NCBI RefSeq assembly: GCF_001194135.2
Contig: NC_068991.1
Coordinates: forward strand, 41,153,382-41,217,381
Direction of reading: 5' to 3'
From: Octopus bimaculoides
Taxonomy: Eukaryota
DNA: 64,000 bases
The stretch's first letter is position 1; each line of letters starts with the position of its first letter. Shown in pieces: positions 11,816 through 25,000 of the stretch. The position numbers were made by a program, and so were the translations under genes. Below the pieces are notes generated by a model. It saw only the letters and a list, made by a program, of their open reading frames with translations. It was not told the origin of the DNA and ran no database searches.

Positions 11816-14800
11816 AACCAATATATATAGATACAACTCAAAATATGGGTTGACTCAAATAATACTAAAAACAAAATCATATAAAAATAAATATTTGAAA
11901 ATAAATACAAATACAACAGAACTCTTTTTTCCCCAACAATATTTATTTTCTTTTTAGAAATATACAGAAATTTCAATGATTGTATGACAACATAAGATAA
12001 TTGTTATTCACGATATTTTTTTTCTTTTTCAGTGAGCAAAACACAACTAATTATTCAGTGATAACAATAGTTTACATTTTATATAAGTCTTTCAGAATTT
12101 AACAATTCCATAATTATCCAAAGTAAGCTGCAGACATGAAGAGAAAGGAAGAGAGGAAGGGGTAGACAACAACATTCAATAACTATTAACTTTACTGTTG
12201 AAACAAAACAAAATACTGGACACCACTTAGTCTTGCAGACTACCATTTCTCCTCATGTTCTGTGTTCAAACCTACTGAAGCTGACTTTACTTTTTAATTC
12301 TTCTATTGTGAATAAAATAGGTATCAGTAATATACAGAGGTTGAGTCAATTGACTATGTACTCCCCTGGAAAATTTGTGTATAGTTAATATTATTGTTGT
12401 TGTTGTTGTTTGGTTTCTGATTTAGGTGCAGGGCTAGCTATTTTTAGGGGAGGGGTTAATCACTATGTTTGACCCCATTACTCGACTGGTACTTCTGTCA
12501 AGTACTGAGGTGGGATCAATTTAATTGGCTAACCCTTCCCATCAAATTTCTAGCCTTGTGTCTATGTTAAGAACAAATGTGATTATCATCATCATTATAT
12601 AGATATGGCCCTTTATATTCTGAGTTCACACCCTGCTGAGGTCAGCTTTGCTTTTCATCTATTTGGTGGTCAATGAAATAAATGACCCAGTCAAATATTG
12701 ACACTGATACAATCAACTAACACACTCTCATCAAAATTGTTGGCTTTGTGCTCAGATAGAAATTATTATTAGTATTATTATATTTTACTTCTCAGAGCTC
12801 TCGGTCTTACTTGCTCTGGTTGAATCTGTGAGAGCCTGTTGTCAAAGGATGCACAGTGTTTCTTAAGCAAATTATAAGACTAGGTACTCGGATGTTAAGT
12901 TTCAACACCCAAGCACCAATCTCAAAATCCTTTCTAATTATCATTATTATTATTATTAAAATTAAAATTATTATTATTATTATTTCTTACAGTAGTATAA
13001 ATTGTGATTCAGCAGTATTGTTTTAGAAAAAGTTTTAACATTCTTCTGAAATTACTTCTATGTTTTATTTTCATTCATCTCTAAATTCTGAAATTCTTAA
13101 TTACATATCTTCACTTAAAACAAAATTAATTCTTTAAATCTTACATATTCAACATAAAATTAAATTCAATAAAATTTCTATTGGAAATTTCAGAAGCTTT
13201 TTTTTAATGTATTATGTAAGAAACTAAATGATACCTTTTAAAAGTTGATTTTTTTTTGGGTGGGGTGGGGGTGAAAACTGAATTGAAGATTTAAAAATTT
13301 AAGGTTCAACCATCAAGAAAGAGAGAAAAAGAAAGCTCACTCAAAGGTGCAAATAGAAAGTGAGTTAGAGTAAGATATAATAAGAAATCAGATGAAATGT
13401 GAGAAATCATAAAATTATGTTCCTTGAATATATGTGTGAGTGTATGTGTATGTGTACAGAATTTTATTTAAGCTGATAAAGTTCACAAACTGTAACTCAG
13501 CTGTACTGTTCTAAAAGTTCACTTCTGTCTGGTGATCAGTTACATGAAACTCAGAATAACAGTTTGTGAAGTTTTCAGCTTCAATAAAACACTATATGTT
13601 CCTCCCCTTCTGGTATTCACGCACAATTTTATTCACCTTATTTTGTACCTATGTGCTCACATGTGTGTATGTATGTATTTATATAGATATACTTTTATTA
13701 TTGTTTGATTCCCCATGATATGTGTTGAGTGGTCATTTTTATTTGTATACATATTTGCATTTGCATATATGTGTGTGTATATATATATATATATATATAA
13801 TTATCATCATCATTTAATGTCTGTTCTCCATGCTGACATGGGTTGGACAGTTTGACCAGAGCTGGTAAGGTCAGGGGCCGCACCAGACTCCATTGATCAT
13901 GATATGCATGTATACACACACACTCTCACATGCAAATCTATCAGTATGTAACTGCATGTATGTGTGTGTGTGAGGGGGTTACAAGAAATATGATGGATGT
14001 AAATCAAAAAGAGTAAACTGAATGAGAAACATATATATAAAAAAAAATTAAATAAATATATTAATATGGGGGCACTGGTGAATACATGACCATAGGTTTT
14101 CTGTTTATTTTATTTTTTTTTGATCCAATGAGTAACAAATATATTTAGAATTTACTTATCAATAACCTCCACCTTTTCTTCTGAATCACTTTCTTTTGAA
14201 TTCACACTCCGGGGCAAACTGTCAAGAGATTCCTCTGCAACATAGTTAAAAAGGTAGTAATAGAGTTTAGTGTATAATGCAATGGGAACTAGGTACATGA
14301 ACATCTTATAGTAAAATGTAACTTCAGTATTTTGATTAAACAGTTGCACTTTGGATGAACAGAAGTTGCAGATTAGTGTATGTACATGCCTATAAGTATG
14401 TGCATATATATGTGTAAAGGGAAAGAGAGACAAACTTTTGGGTATTTTTTTAAAGTTTGTTCAAAAAGGAGAGCAGTAACCACAGCTGAATGTTTCCAAA
14501 GATACTCTCAGATACAGGAGGCATGTCTATTATCATTAGTATTATTATTGTTGTTGTTGTGAAGGTATGTGGCCTAATAGTTAGAGTATTTGGCTTATGA
14601 TCATACTATCAAGGGTTCAATTCTTGAACTGGGCAGCCCATGGTATCCCTTGAGCAAGGTACTTCATTTCACTTTGCTCAAGTTTATTCAGCTGAAAATG
14701 AGTACCAGCCAAGTGCTGCTGTAGCTCCCTCCAGTTGTCACATCCTGGGTCAAAATATGGGAGAGATGAAAGAGTGTCTGTTTGTTCACAATTACATAGG

Positions 14801-16934
14801 TACCTAAAACTTAGTGAAAGTATGGTACATGTTACCAAACCATTCCTGTTCACAGGTAATGGCGGACTTGAATTATAATTGTTTTTATTTATTTTTTGCA
14901 AATTTTATTTAATTATCTGTGTTAGAAGGACTGCTGTGGCGCAATAAAAACAAGTCATACACCAGATTACATGCCTTTAGTTTTATATTCTAAGTTTAAA
15001 CCCAATAAGGCTCACTTTTGCTCAATATTGACAGAGGAAGATTAATTTACGCTACTCAATTTTCAATTAAGAATAATCAAATTTGTTGCAGTGGTTTAAT
15101 AAATGTTCAAAAAAGATTTATTTCTTGTTCACCATGGTATTGACATTCCAAGTTACAAAAGTACTTATGAAGGTAAAATAGAAATATAAAAGGCTGTTTA
15201 CTATAATTTTAAAAAAGGAATGTAAAATTTTATGGCTTAATATTTCATTAGAAGAAAGTTTTAAAAAAAAGTAAACAAAAAACTCCTAGAATATTGGATT
15301 TAGAAGAATTGATTTAGTATTTTAAAAGGTTTTAGTAAAAAAATCTCTTGGTAGAGTTGATAAATAACATGCAGAAGTGTAGCATTTAAGTATAAAGGGA
15401 GGTAATTAAAATTCTTACAAGTTAAGATAATTAAAGTAATTAAGAAATAAAGGGGAAAATCACATGTATATCCAGAATAATTAATCCTGCTCAGTTCTTA
15501 AGCTAAGAAATAAATGATTATATCTAGCTGGGTTACAGAAGGAATGTGTATGCTGCTGGTTCCAGATTTTGAAACGTTTGGTTGTAAGACTAATATATAC
15601 ACAGTGGTTGGAATGGCAGGATGTACAATACATTGATACAGAATATCCTCAGCTAAGCAATCAGAGTTTATGTGGTGGTACTGGTGGTGGTGTTGGTGAT
15701 AGAGGGTAGTTAATGGAGATGGCGCAGTTTCAGTTGGCAGAGGTATGGTTACATCTGATTTAGTTTGACTTCGCAAATTTGATTAAAAAAAGCTATATTG
15801 TTGAATAAATTTGATGTTGTGGCATTACATATTATTAGAATTTAAATTAAAAGTTTTGTAAAAAGCATGTTATTGTAGGAAGTGTTATTAAGTGAAGGAA
15901 ATTTTACCAGTTGGGGTAGCCATGTCTAAGTTGTAGCCTATATCTGATACTAACATACTAACTCCGATTCACTCATCATTTATTTTCAGTAATATTGTTT
16001 TGTATAGTAATTTACTCCTTTTAAATTTATTCATTTTCCTCTCTTTCTATTTCTACTGGCTGTGTTTTCTACTTCCTCACAATAAAGTATATATAATTTA
16101 CATTCCAAATGTATTGAGTTCTCTTTTGAATTGTGGATTCCCTAATCAGATGATTACATACTTCATATATGCATGTGTGTGTGTGGTTCAGTCAATATAT
16201 ACTGTCACCATAGAAATTTCACAGACAAATAAAATCTGTTCCAAGAGTACAAGCAGTCTCAATTTCAGTGGACTTAATATACACTGTGTTGGACATATGT
16301 ATGAGAAAATAAAATTAAAGAAACATACCAAAACCAGTGAGTTAAGAATATCCAATATGACTGTAACATTTGAACAAAAGTAGTGACAAAGTGAAATAAA
16401 GAAAATAACCAGCTCATTAAAAATTATATTATATCATATATATACATATATATGTGTGCGTGTGTGTGTGAATAAATGTGCACATGTGCATGTATGTCAT
16501 GATTTACATGTGTATAATAAATAATAATTGTGAACAAGTGTGTATATAGATAACTATATGATTAGATCAATGCCATGTTTTCCTGCAAATATCCAAGTTG
16601 ATACCTGTTTCAATTCAGGGAATGTGAAGCAGAGTTATCTGCTTATGTATCCCTGGAGGGATAAAAGGCAAAGTTGGCCATGGTAGAATTTGAACTTAGA
16701 ATGTAAAGGTCTAGAAGAAATATCACTAAACATTTTCCCCAATGCTCTAACAATTCTACCAATCCACCATCATATAAAAACAGCCCCCAGATATATGTTT
16801 ACAAATGACAAAAAAAAAAAAAAAATCGAATAGCAAAGCATTTCTTGCAACCCTGGTATACAAGGTTAATTCATATACTATGATGTTAGAAATCCATACA
16901 ATACTATGAAATATTATCATTTAATACTACAAAT

Positions 16935-17580
16935 AATGATAATAATCTGGGATACTCCATTTAACAACCAGGGAAGGAGTTTCCCCAGAGTCATATATAA
17001 TGTTATTGTACAGATGGGTCAATCTCTCTTGGGATTTAGAAAAAACATTACTGGAGATTTTGGTATTAAAATTGGTTAGCTATTCAGGCCAATAAACCAG
17101 ATACTGGAGAGAAATCATATTGACAAAACATGTCTGCTCATAGATATTTCAATCACAGCAGACTGCAACATCTTTGTGAAAGGACTTCAAAAAAGAGGTC
17201 TCAAAATGTAGGATCTAAGAAAGACAACTGGACTTGTAATCATTGGAGTTTAGGGGATAATATCAAATGGTCCTCTTTAATACTATGATCAACTGCCAGG
17301 AAACCCCAAAATATCAGACATACAAAAAATTATTTTCATGTAACATATCCTAAAAAAACAAAATACAAAAAAAGGAAACAACCTACCAGCCTGAGAATAT
17401 CTGACAATATTTGAATCTTTTAAAATCACAAATATTACAACAAATTTTAAACAGTTTTAACAATCTTAATTGTCAGTATTTGGTCTCCTTTCATTGCTAT
17501 TCATAAATAACACCCACAAGAAAATATCTAACTTGCTGTTTTTTGAGGCTAAGTCTGGGTGAGACTTGGAACAGCTCATA
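16935..17580 (+). mobile_element. R4/Dong-like LINE 3' end (restriction-like endonuclease region)
   Basis: Remnants of WDF.I...I.ANKPD, CLLIDISI and VIIG.LG.I motifs, ending in an (AAT/AAC)n tail. Confidence 0.6.
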
Positions 17581-17688
17581 TAAAACAAAGTAACAATAAC
17601 AAAAGCAATAATAACAATAACAGTTTCAAATTTTGGCACAAGGTAGTAGTAATAATAATAATAATAATAATAACAATAATAATAATAA

Positions 17689-17900
17689 TTCTTTCTACAA
17701 AAAACACAAGGTCTGAAATTTTTGGAAAGGGGACTAGTTGATTACATTGATCCCAGTGTTTCACTGGTGCTTAATTTATCGACCCTGAAAGGATAAAACA
17801 CAAAGTTGACCTTGGCGGAAATGAACTCAGAATGTAAAGACGGACGAAATACCCATAACCATTTCACTTGGCGTGCTAACGATTCTGCCAGCTCACTGCC

Positions 17901-17941
<41 letters not shown>

Positions 17942-18300
17942 CCTTTCTACTATAGGCACAAGGCTTGAAATTTTTGGGGAGGGGATAAATTGATTACATT
18001 GATTCCAGTACATAACTGGTACTTAATTTATCAACCCCGAAAGGATGAAAGGCAAAGTTGAACTTGGCGGAATATGAGCTCAGAACATAAAGATGGAATA
18101 ATAATAACAACAACAACAATAATCATGACTTTAAATTTTGGCAGAAGGCCAGCAATTTCTGGGGAGGGGTAAGTCAACTACATCAACTCCTCCAGTACTC
18201 AACTGATACTTATTTTGTTGACTATCAGAATGTGAAGAGAGATGAAATACCACTAAACATTTTGCCTGGCATGCTAATGGTTCTGCCTGCTTACATCTTT
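17689..18300 (-). mobile_element. Three tandem copies of tRNA-derived SINE family B separated by (AAT)n
   Basis: Units at about 17689-17902, 17941-18098 and 18126-18300 share GGCACAAGG, ATTGA.CCCAGT, GAAAGG..AAAG.CAAAGTTG and a B-box-like GAGTTCA on the minus strand. Further dispersed copies at about 12420-12780, 14560-14760, 29040-29320, 39400-39570, 41990-42130, 42830-43020, 55050-55420 and 57930-58120. Confidence 0.85.
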
Positions 18301-19099
18301 AATGATAATAATAATGATTACTACCATTTAATAGCTCAGTAACATAAGACATTGTGATTTGAAGTATATAAACAATTTGATTGATAATAAATCTGACAGC
18401 TCCATTTTTTTTACCTTTTCTTCTTAAAGTAGACATCTGAACCACCTCATGGTACATATTGATAACTTGATGCCATGGGTTCTTGAAACTTACGGGGACA
18501 ATCCATAGAAGGGGAACTGTTTGACCTATGAAATACAGTTAATACTAGAATAGAAAGTTTTCATTCTTGGAATCTTGGCACTAGAAAAATTACAGCTCAG
18601 AGAAGTTGTAGGCAGCTTCTTTGGGTTTTTATAATTGGTGTTTTGAAAATGCAGCAGTGAAAGAAGCAAAAAGTAGTATTTTACGGTACTTGAATCAGAG
18701 GAAAGTAGTCTGACGAGATTTTTTTTTATATACATTGCAAGGGAGGTAAATCTGTAACACGTTTGTGCTGACTAAATAAAAGCAAGCAAAAGTTCTCTAC
18801 CTCTCTTTTTCTCTCTGACTGCTTCTTGCCTATGTGACCATAAAATATTTATTAAATAAAGGAACGTCTAATTTATATAGCAGCTGTGCAAAATCTGTTT
18901 CTGAAGTATTCTTTTCAGTAAGTAAACTTATTTTGACACTGATAATATGTTAAACATATTGAAACAGACTGTCCCTTCTTTTACTCTTTTCTAATGAGTT
19001 GTAGTGCATCTGAGCACTGTTTACAATAAGCCCATTATTACTATTATTGTTGTTGTTATTGGTATAATTTGTCCTAATTGTTATAATTTGTCCATTTAT

Positions 19100-21050
19100 T
19101 TGCAGTACAGATAAATGCTTCTCTCTCTGGCTTTACACTCTTCCTTAGCCACCTTTCTAGCAAACTGGTCGTTCATGTTACATTTCATTTTCTTCTGTCT
19201 TCTTTGCTCTTTTTTTCCCTTCTTTTGTCTCCATGCAAGAATCTTTACCAGAAATTTTCACCTGAATCAGTGTCCTAAGGTACTCTTTACCACTCCAAAC
19301 TATTTTCTTCTGGGCATATAGAGCTTTCATGCTCGTCTTTGTGCATGATTGGATACAACCTGTTAATATTGCTCTTGGTGGGGAATGCTCTCCATGCATT
19401 GTGAGTAGCTATTACAATTTTCAGTCTCACCTCTGTTACTCCTCTTTCCCCCAACCAATAAGACTTGAATCATGCTTCAATATTGCAATTGCTCATGTAG
19501 TGATTGCTTGAAGCTTATTTCTTCCATTTAGCTTTAATTGCAGCACCAGTCTAAGTGTTTGGAGATATGCTTGCATAAAGCTTTTCTGTATGTCTTTTTC
19601 CATCACTTCATTTATCTCCAATATACTAAGGTATTTTATACTGTGTATCATCAATCTTTTTCATGACTTTCCTAATGCTAATTCCTACGTCTGTTGACTT
19701 TCCCCCTCGTCAAGAATATTTCTCTACATTTTTTGAGACTAAATTCCACGTTGATGTCTTTGCTAAAGCGATGAACTGTGTTCATTAATGAGTTGACTTT
19801 GAGCTTAATCCTTACTGTACAGCCTGGGATCATTCATAAAATACAGATGTTGATCTTTTACTGCTTTTCTTTAAACTCATATCCAGATGATACTTTCCTC
19901 TATAGCAATGTTAAAAGAATCTTGCACAAAACACTTTTTCCTTCAAAAACCCCTCTCTTGATTCTTAAAATTCCAAGGTTCTATCCATATGTAAACTCTG
20001 TCTTCCAATTTCCCATGCTTTTTCTCAAAAAGCTCTCAACATTCTTCAATTTCAAACATGTTCAAGCATTTAATGATCCATAAACGTATTATCACATCAC
20101 ATAGATCTTGTGATAATCTACCCAGGCCATTGCTAAATTTGTCTTCCTTTGCTTGGTCTTCCATTACAATCTTATCTATGAGTAGCAGGTCTTTAGTTCC
20201 TTCTCAATTCCATTTACATCCCTTCTGCACAACAGGGAGAATTTCATCAGCAATTATTCCAGTGAACAGTTTCCACATTAATAGGAAGTATGATATAGGT
20301 TTGTAAGTATTCACAGTATTCCCTTCTGGAAAATCCTTTAAATGCAGTAATGTTTATCCAGTAGTTATCCATTCGGAGATCTTTACGTGTCTGTTGATCA
20401 GTGCATTATACTTTTTTTTACTAATTCTTTTATGGCACCTTGTCAGCTTCTTTACCTAATACCCCTGAATATTATGAGGTTCAGCTGCTTTCTAGTTACT
20501 CATCTTCCTACTTACTTGTCACACATTTTCTTTTACAAATCTAATTTCTTCTTGCAGATACGAAACAAGTTCATTCTCAGTATTATGCTTTATGCTAGTC
20601 TTCTTTACTCCATATCTTGCTCTAAAATACACAATTTTCTTCTGTTTTTGGCATAGCTCTTCTGTGTGTGATTTCTTCATCTATTTCTTGATAAAATTCC
20701 TTCTGGTCAATTTGGAATAATCTATTTTACCTATACTGCTTTCACTTTTTGATAACATCTTATTATTTTGCCTCATTTAGTCAAAATGCAGTGTTTTAGT
20801 CTGTTAATTACAAAATTCAGCCCTTTTCTGTCAATACCATACCTTTCCTTCAGTCTGTTATATTTATACACATTCCTAAGCTTATTTTTCTCTTTCTTCC
20901 AATATTGATACCACCAACAAGCTAATATCTCCTAATACTCTTCTTTTCTACCACAGGGTCTTTGTTTGTGTATTTCTTGCACTATTTGTCCTTCCATTGA
21001 CTTCCAGTCCCAAGTTTTCTACAAACTTAACTAGCTATCTTGATACACCT
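19100..21050 (-). mobile_element. Decayed R4/Dong-like LINE RT region
   Basis: Minus-strand remnants: WKLFTGIIADEI, NLAMAWVDYHK, IKRGVFEG, FMNDPRLYSK, TVHRFSKDINVEF, MHGEHSP. These are R4-clade RT motifs in the expected order. Confidence 0.75.
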
Positions 21051-21974
21051 ATTGATCTCTATTATGTTGTTTGTTCTTATGTACATCAAGATTTTATTAG
21101 CTCTCATTGCTTTTTGTTTCAATGTCCATTGATCAGCTTTTTTTTTTTTTTGAAATCACACACTCATTCTATATTTTGGGAATTTACTAATTCCCTATTA
21201 TTATTATTTGATTATCCTCAGCACCCTGCTTGTTTATGTATTCTGTTGATCAAAAAATACATTAGTGTCATCAGAATTTTCCATTTGCAACCGTCTCAGA
21301 TTATCATTATTATTACTATTCCGCTGGGGTCAACTTTGCTTTTCATCCTTTCAGGGTTGATCCATCATGACTACCTGTATAATAAGGGTACACCAGTACA
21401 TGCATACATCCATATGTGTGCAACATGGCGACCTCATATCAAGATAAACAGCACATGACCTTGCAGGTGGGGCCCAGTTATAATTTTCATCAGGTCCAGG
21501 AACCCATCCTTGTTCAAAAGGTCCCTGAATAAGGATAATGAATGACACACCTATGTTTCCAAAGATGAATTATTCAAACCTCAAAGCATTCCTCTCAGCA
21601 CATGGCTATGATGTTCCCCTACTACTCCTGCTCATGATCAAAGATGCACATATTGTCAGCTGCTAAAGAACATGCTGAAGTGGTTAAAGCCAAGCAGATG
21701 ACAAGCAAATCTGTGGTATTGACCAGAATATTTGCTGTAGCCCATTTTTTACAGGACTCCCCCCCCAAAAAAAAAAACATGTACATATTTACATTTTCAG
21801 TCAGTTAAAATCAGAAGCCATGAGGGCCATTGCCTGGTATTGCTTCAGAATATTTATTATTATGTTGCTCTGATGCAACATCAAGCAATGGCTCTCATGG
21901 CTTCTGATCTTAATTGATTGGAAGTGTTAACATGTACATATTTTTCTTTTGTGTAAAAGATGGGCTACAGCAAA

Positions 21975-22055
21975 TATCATCATCATCATTGCTGCTGCTG
22001 CTGCTGCCGCCGCCGCCGCCGCTGCCGCCGCCACCACCACCATCATCATGATGAT
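21975..22055. repeat. Compound trinucleotide run (CAT)(GCT)(GCC)(CAC)(CAT)
   Basis: Direct reading. Confidence 0.9.
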
Positions 22056-25000
22056 GTTTAAACCACAAAAACTGTATTTACGCTGTTTATATATATAGAT
22101 TACACATTCACTTTCTGATCAAAAACATTTTATAATAACAGATGTATATATATACATACACACACACACACACACACACATGCATATACTCAGAGCAATA
22201 TAAATGAGGAAAATTAGCATCTAGTCAACAAACTGAAGCATCTTGGTATATTATTGAAAAGACTGTCGTTCATTCTACTCTACATCCATGACCAAGTTAC
22301 TTAACTTTCAATGGCTAAGGCCACCTAGTTGTAGACAGATATCAAATGTTAGTGCAGCTATTTGTATGCAATAGAAATACCATATAAACAATATGTGATT
22401 TGTTGTTTGTTTACAATGCTGCATGCCTGTGCACATGATCACATGAACAGAAGTACATTCACACATGCATATTATTTTGATAATTGAACAATGTTATATC
22501 ATATGCACCAGTGCAATAAATAATGGCAATTATTTTGTCTTCTGAGGTCAGATATATATAAAACTATATAGATTATTTGCTCCATTTAATTCAGGAATAA
22601 GTGGGAGGATGGGATTTGCGACTCATACATTTCTGAAAGATATTAGAAAAGTGAAATAGCTGCAACTGAGAATAAAACCTTGACTGCAGAGTCTGTTCTC
22701 TGTGAGCTCAGTCCCTACATGTTGATGCTCGCTATAAGTGCTATCTTACCCAAATTAAAGCAGGTTTCTTTGACAAAGTTGGTGTAAATTAACAAGATAC
22801 TCCTAACTAATTACTATGGGTTATTTGATAATTTTGGGTGATAAGAAGTGAATTAGGTTAGTATACCACCTTAAAATAAACGTAACAGTCATCTAAGTTG
22901 CAAAAACTTTTCAAAACTGGTACTAAGTTTCAATTTTTATTGTGTTATGTGCATAAGATAGATCTCTCTGAATGTAATACTAGTCTACAGTATATAACAT
23001 GACCAAAAGATGTCATACCTATTCCTGATAGCTATATGAACAGCTTAAATTAAATGTACAGCCAAAATATGCTAAAAGAAATGACTGCTCTGGGAGAGAA
23101 CTCATTTCTATGAGATGGTAATTTGCTCCTATACTCAGCCACTTTGCTTCTGCTTCACACACACACATTATATAAGCACACATGCACACACATTTATGTT
23201 TACTGATTTTCTCAGCAACAATATCAATCTTCTCAGTATCATTGTCAAATGCAAATACACCCTAATTTCTGTTAGACTTTTAAGAAGCCAATGTTTAACT
23301 CTGGTTTCATGACATTGAACGGATGACAGAAAAAAATCTTCCCATGAATAAAGTACTAGTCTATCACAAAGAACATTTACATATCCAGATGATTCAGTAC
23401 CAATTTCTCACAAATAGGTGGATGAAATCAATCTTTCTAGAAACATGAATTACCTACAACAGATTTGACCTCATAATATGTCAGTAGGTAGGCCAATATG
23501 CTATCCACTTGGTCAATCAGGACTACACATAGTTCATTACAAAATATATTTTCATATCTCACTATTCTATAAAATAACAGGTCACTTCTTCATTAGCGTT
23601 GAGATATTGGAAGTTTGTAAGAGATTCATAATTTCAGCTCTCAGTTTCACATCTGCTTCAGATTTTCCATCATTTCTTAATGGTCTTTATATTAAGCTGC
23701 CTGGAACTTCTCTTGGTTCTAAAATACAAGTTTCCTAATTTAAAGTGATCTAAATTAAAAGTTTCCATCAAAATTTCATGTTAATTTATGTTCCAAACAG
23801 CAGCTTAATAATGTCAAAGACGTTTGATAAATTCATAATTATTTTCAAAATAAAATCAAGCAAAAGCAGCGTATTTCAACAAAAATATGTAACAAAAAGT
23901 AGCAAGCTATCCACTTATTAGAGCAATAAAGGCTTGACCTTTGGTTGATAGAAAAAGTGGGACCTGTGTTTCTCAACCATGTAAAGCCACTTAATCAACA
24001 GTGATAAATGGATTGGAAATAGAACTAAGAACTAGTTTTATAAGTGGGTTTAAAGAAATATTATTATTTCTTTTATTCCAACTAAGAAATTGTACTGATG
24101 CATCTGGCTCTAATTCTAATGCCATCCCTGGATATATTATAGATTCATATTCTCTTTCATTGACATTTGCACATATACACACAAGCATTTACTAGTAAGA
24201 TGAAAACTACTTCTGGTGCCCTGATAGTCAAACCATTTACAAGATTTTCAAGAGAAGGATACAACATGGTAGCTTTCCACTGTGACTTTTATGGCTAGAA
24301 AATGCTCCCAAAAGAGTTGTTAGCAATTTCTCACATTTGAGTGAAATGGTGCATGAAAAGATAAATTCATAATTAAAGAGGTGATAAGTAGTGCAGTCCT
24401 TCAATTTAGCTGGGGGGTTTTCTGCACTATTGTGCAGATGTGAAATAAATCTAAAATATATAATAATAGTTAAGAAATATCTAATCATAATATGAAATAT
24501 AAAAGATGTAGTTGTGGTGTAGACTACCTGCTATACTCCTGATGTCATTCAGTTCTTCATTAAATGATAACAAATGTATAGATACCTTCCATTTATAGCG
24601 TTTCATTGAGTTCTTACTTAATTTGAATTTTTCTATATTACTGATGTGTTCTTTGATTAATCCTCAAGGAATGAAAAGACAAAACTGATTTTGGTTGGAT
24701 TAGAACTAGTAGGTGTGAGATTAAATAATCCATTTAATTTTATTTAATTTGATGCTCTACTCTCTTGAACATAATCTTTGCATTTACAAAGAACTAATAA
24801 TAATTATTTGTTTATAAGAAAGGTCAAGTGATAGAAAAGGGAGATGTAGCTGATTAACTAATCTCAAGAGATTACTGATTCATATCTTATCAACTCCCCA
24901 AGAAGTATCAGAGGAAATTGATCCTGGTACTATTTTGAACTCAAAACTGGGAACAAGGAAACTATACACATTATGACATTTAGTCTAATTCTCAAATATC

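Noticed and set aside
12033-12122. 90-nt plus-strand segment with strong acceptor and GTAAGC donor
   Set aside because: Stops in all three frames; only a 27-nt sub-exon would be open.
12811-12933. Open 123-nt minus-strand frame ending at GTAAGA
   Set aside because: The acceptor lacks a pyrimidine tract and the segment is embedded between AAT tracts and SINEs; more likely a repeat remnant.
17640-18300. CRISPR-like repeat/spacer array
   Set aside because: Eukaryotic context; the units are about 200-bp SINEs separated by microsatellite, not short repeats with unique spacers.
18433-18706. Protein-like plus-strand frames (RHLNHLMVHIDNLMPWV..., AASLGFYNWCFENAAVKEAK...)
   Set aside because: They are in different frames, are interrupted by stops and lack consistent splice sites; they overlap a better minus-strand candidate.
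16935-21050. Single R4 element with an internal inversion
   Set aside because: The RT fragment lies beyond the 3' tail of the REL fragment, the wrong side for twin-priming inversion; treated as two insertions.
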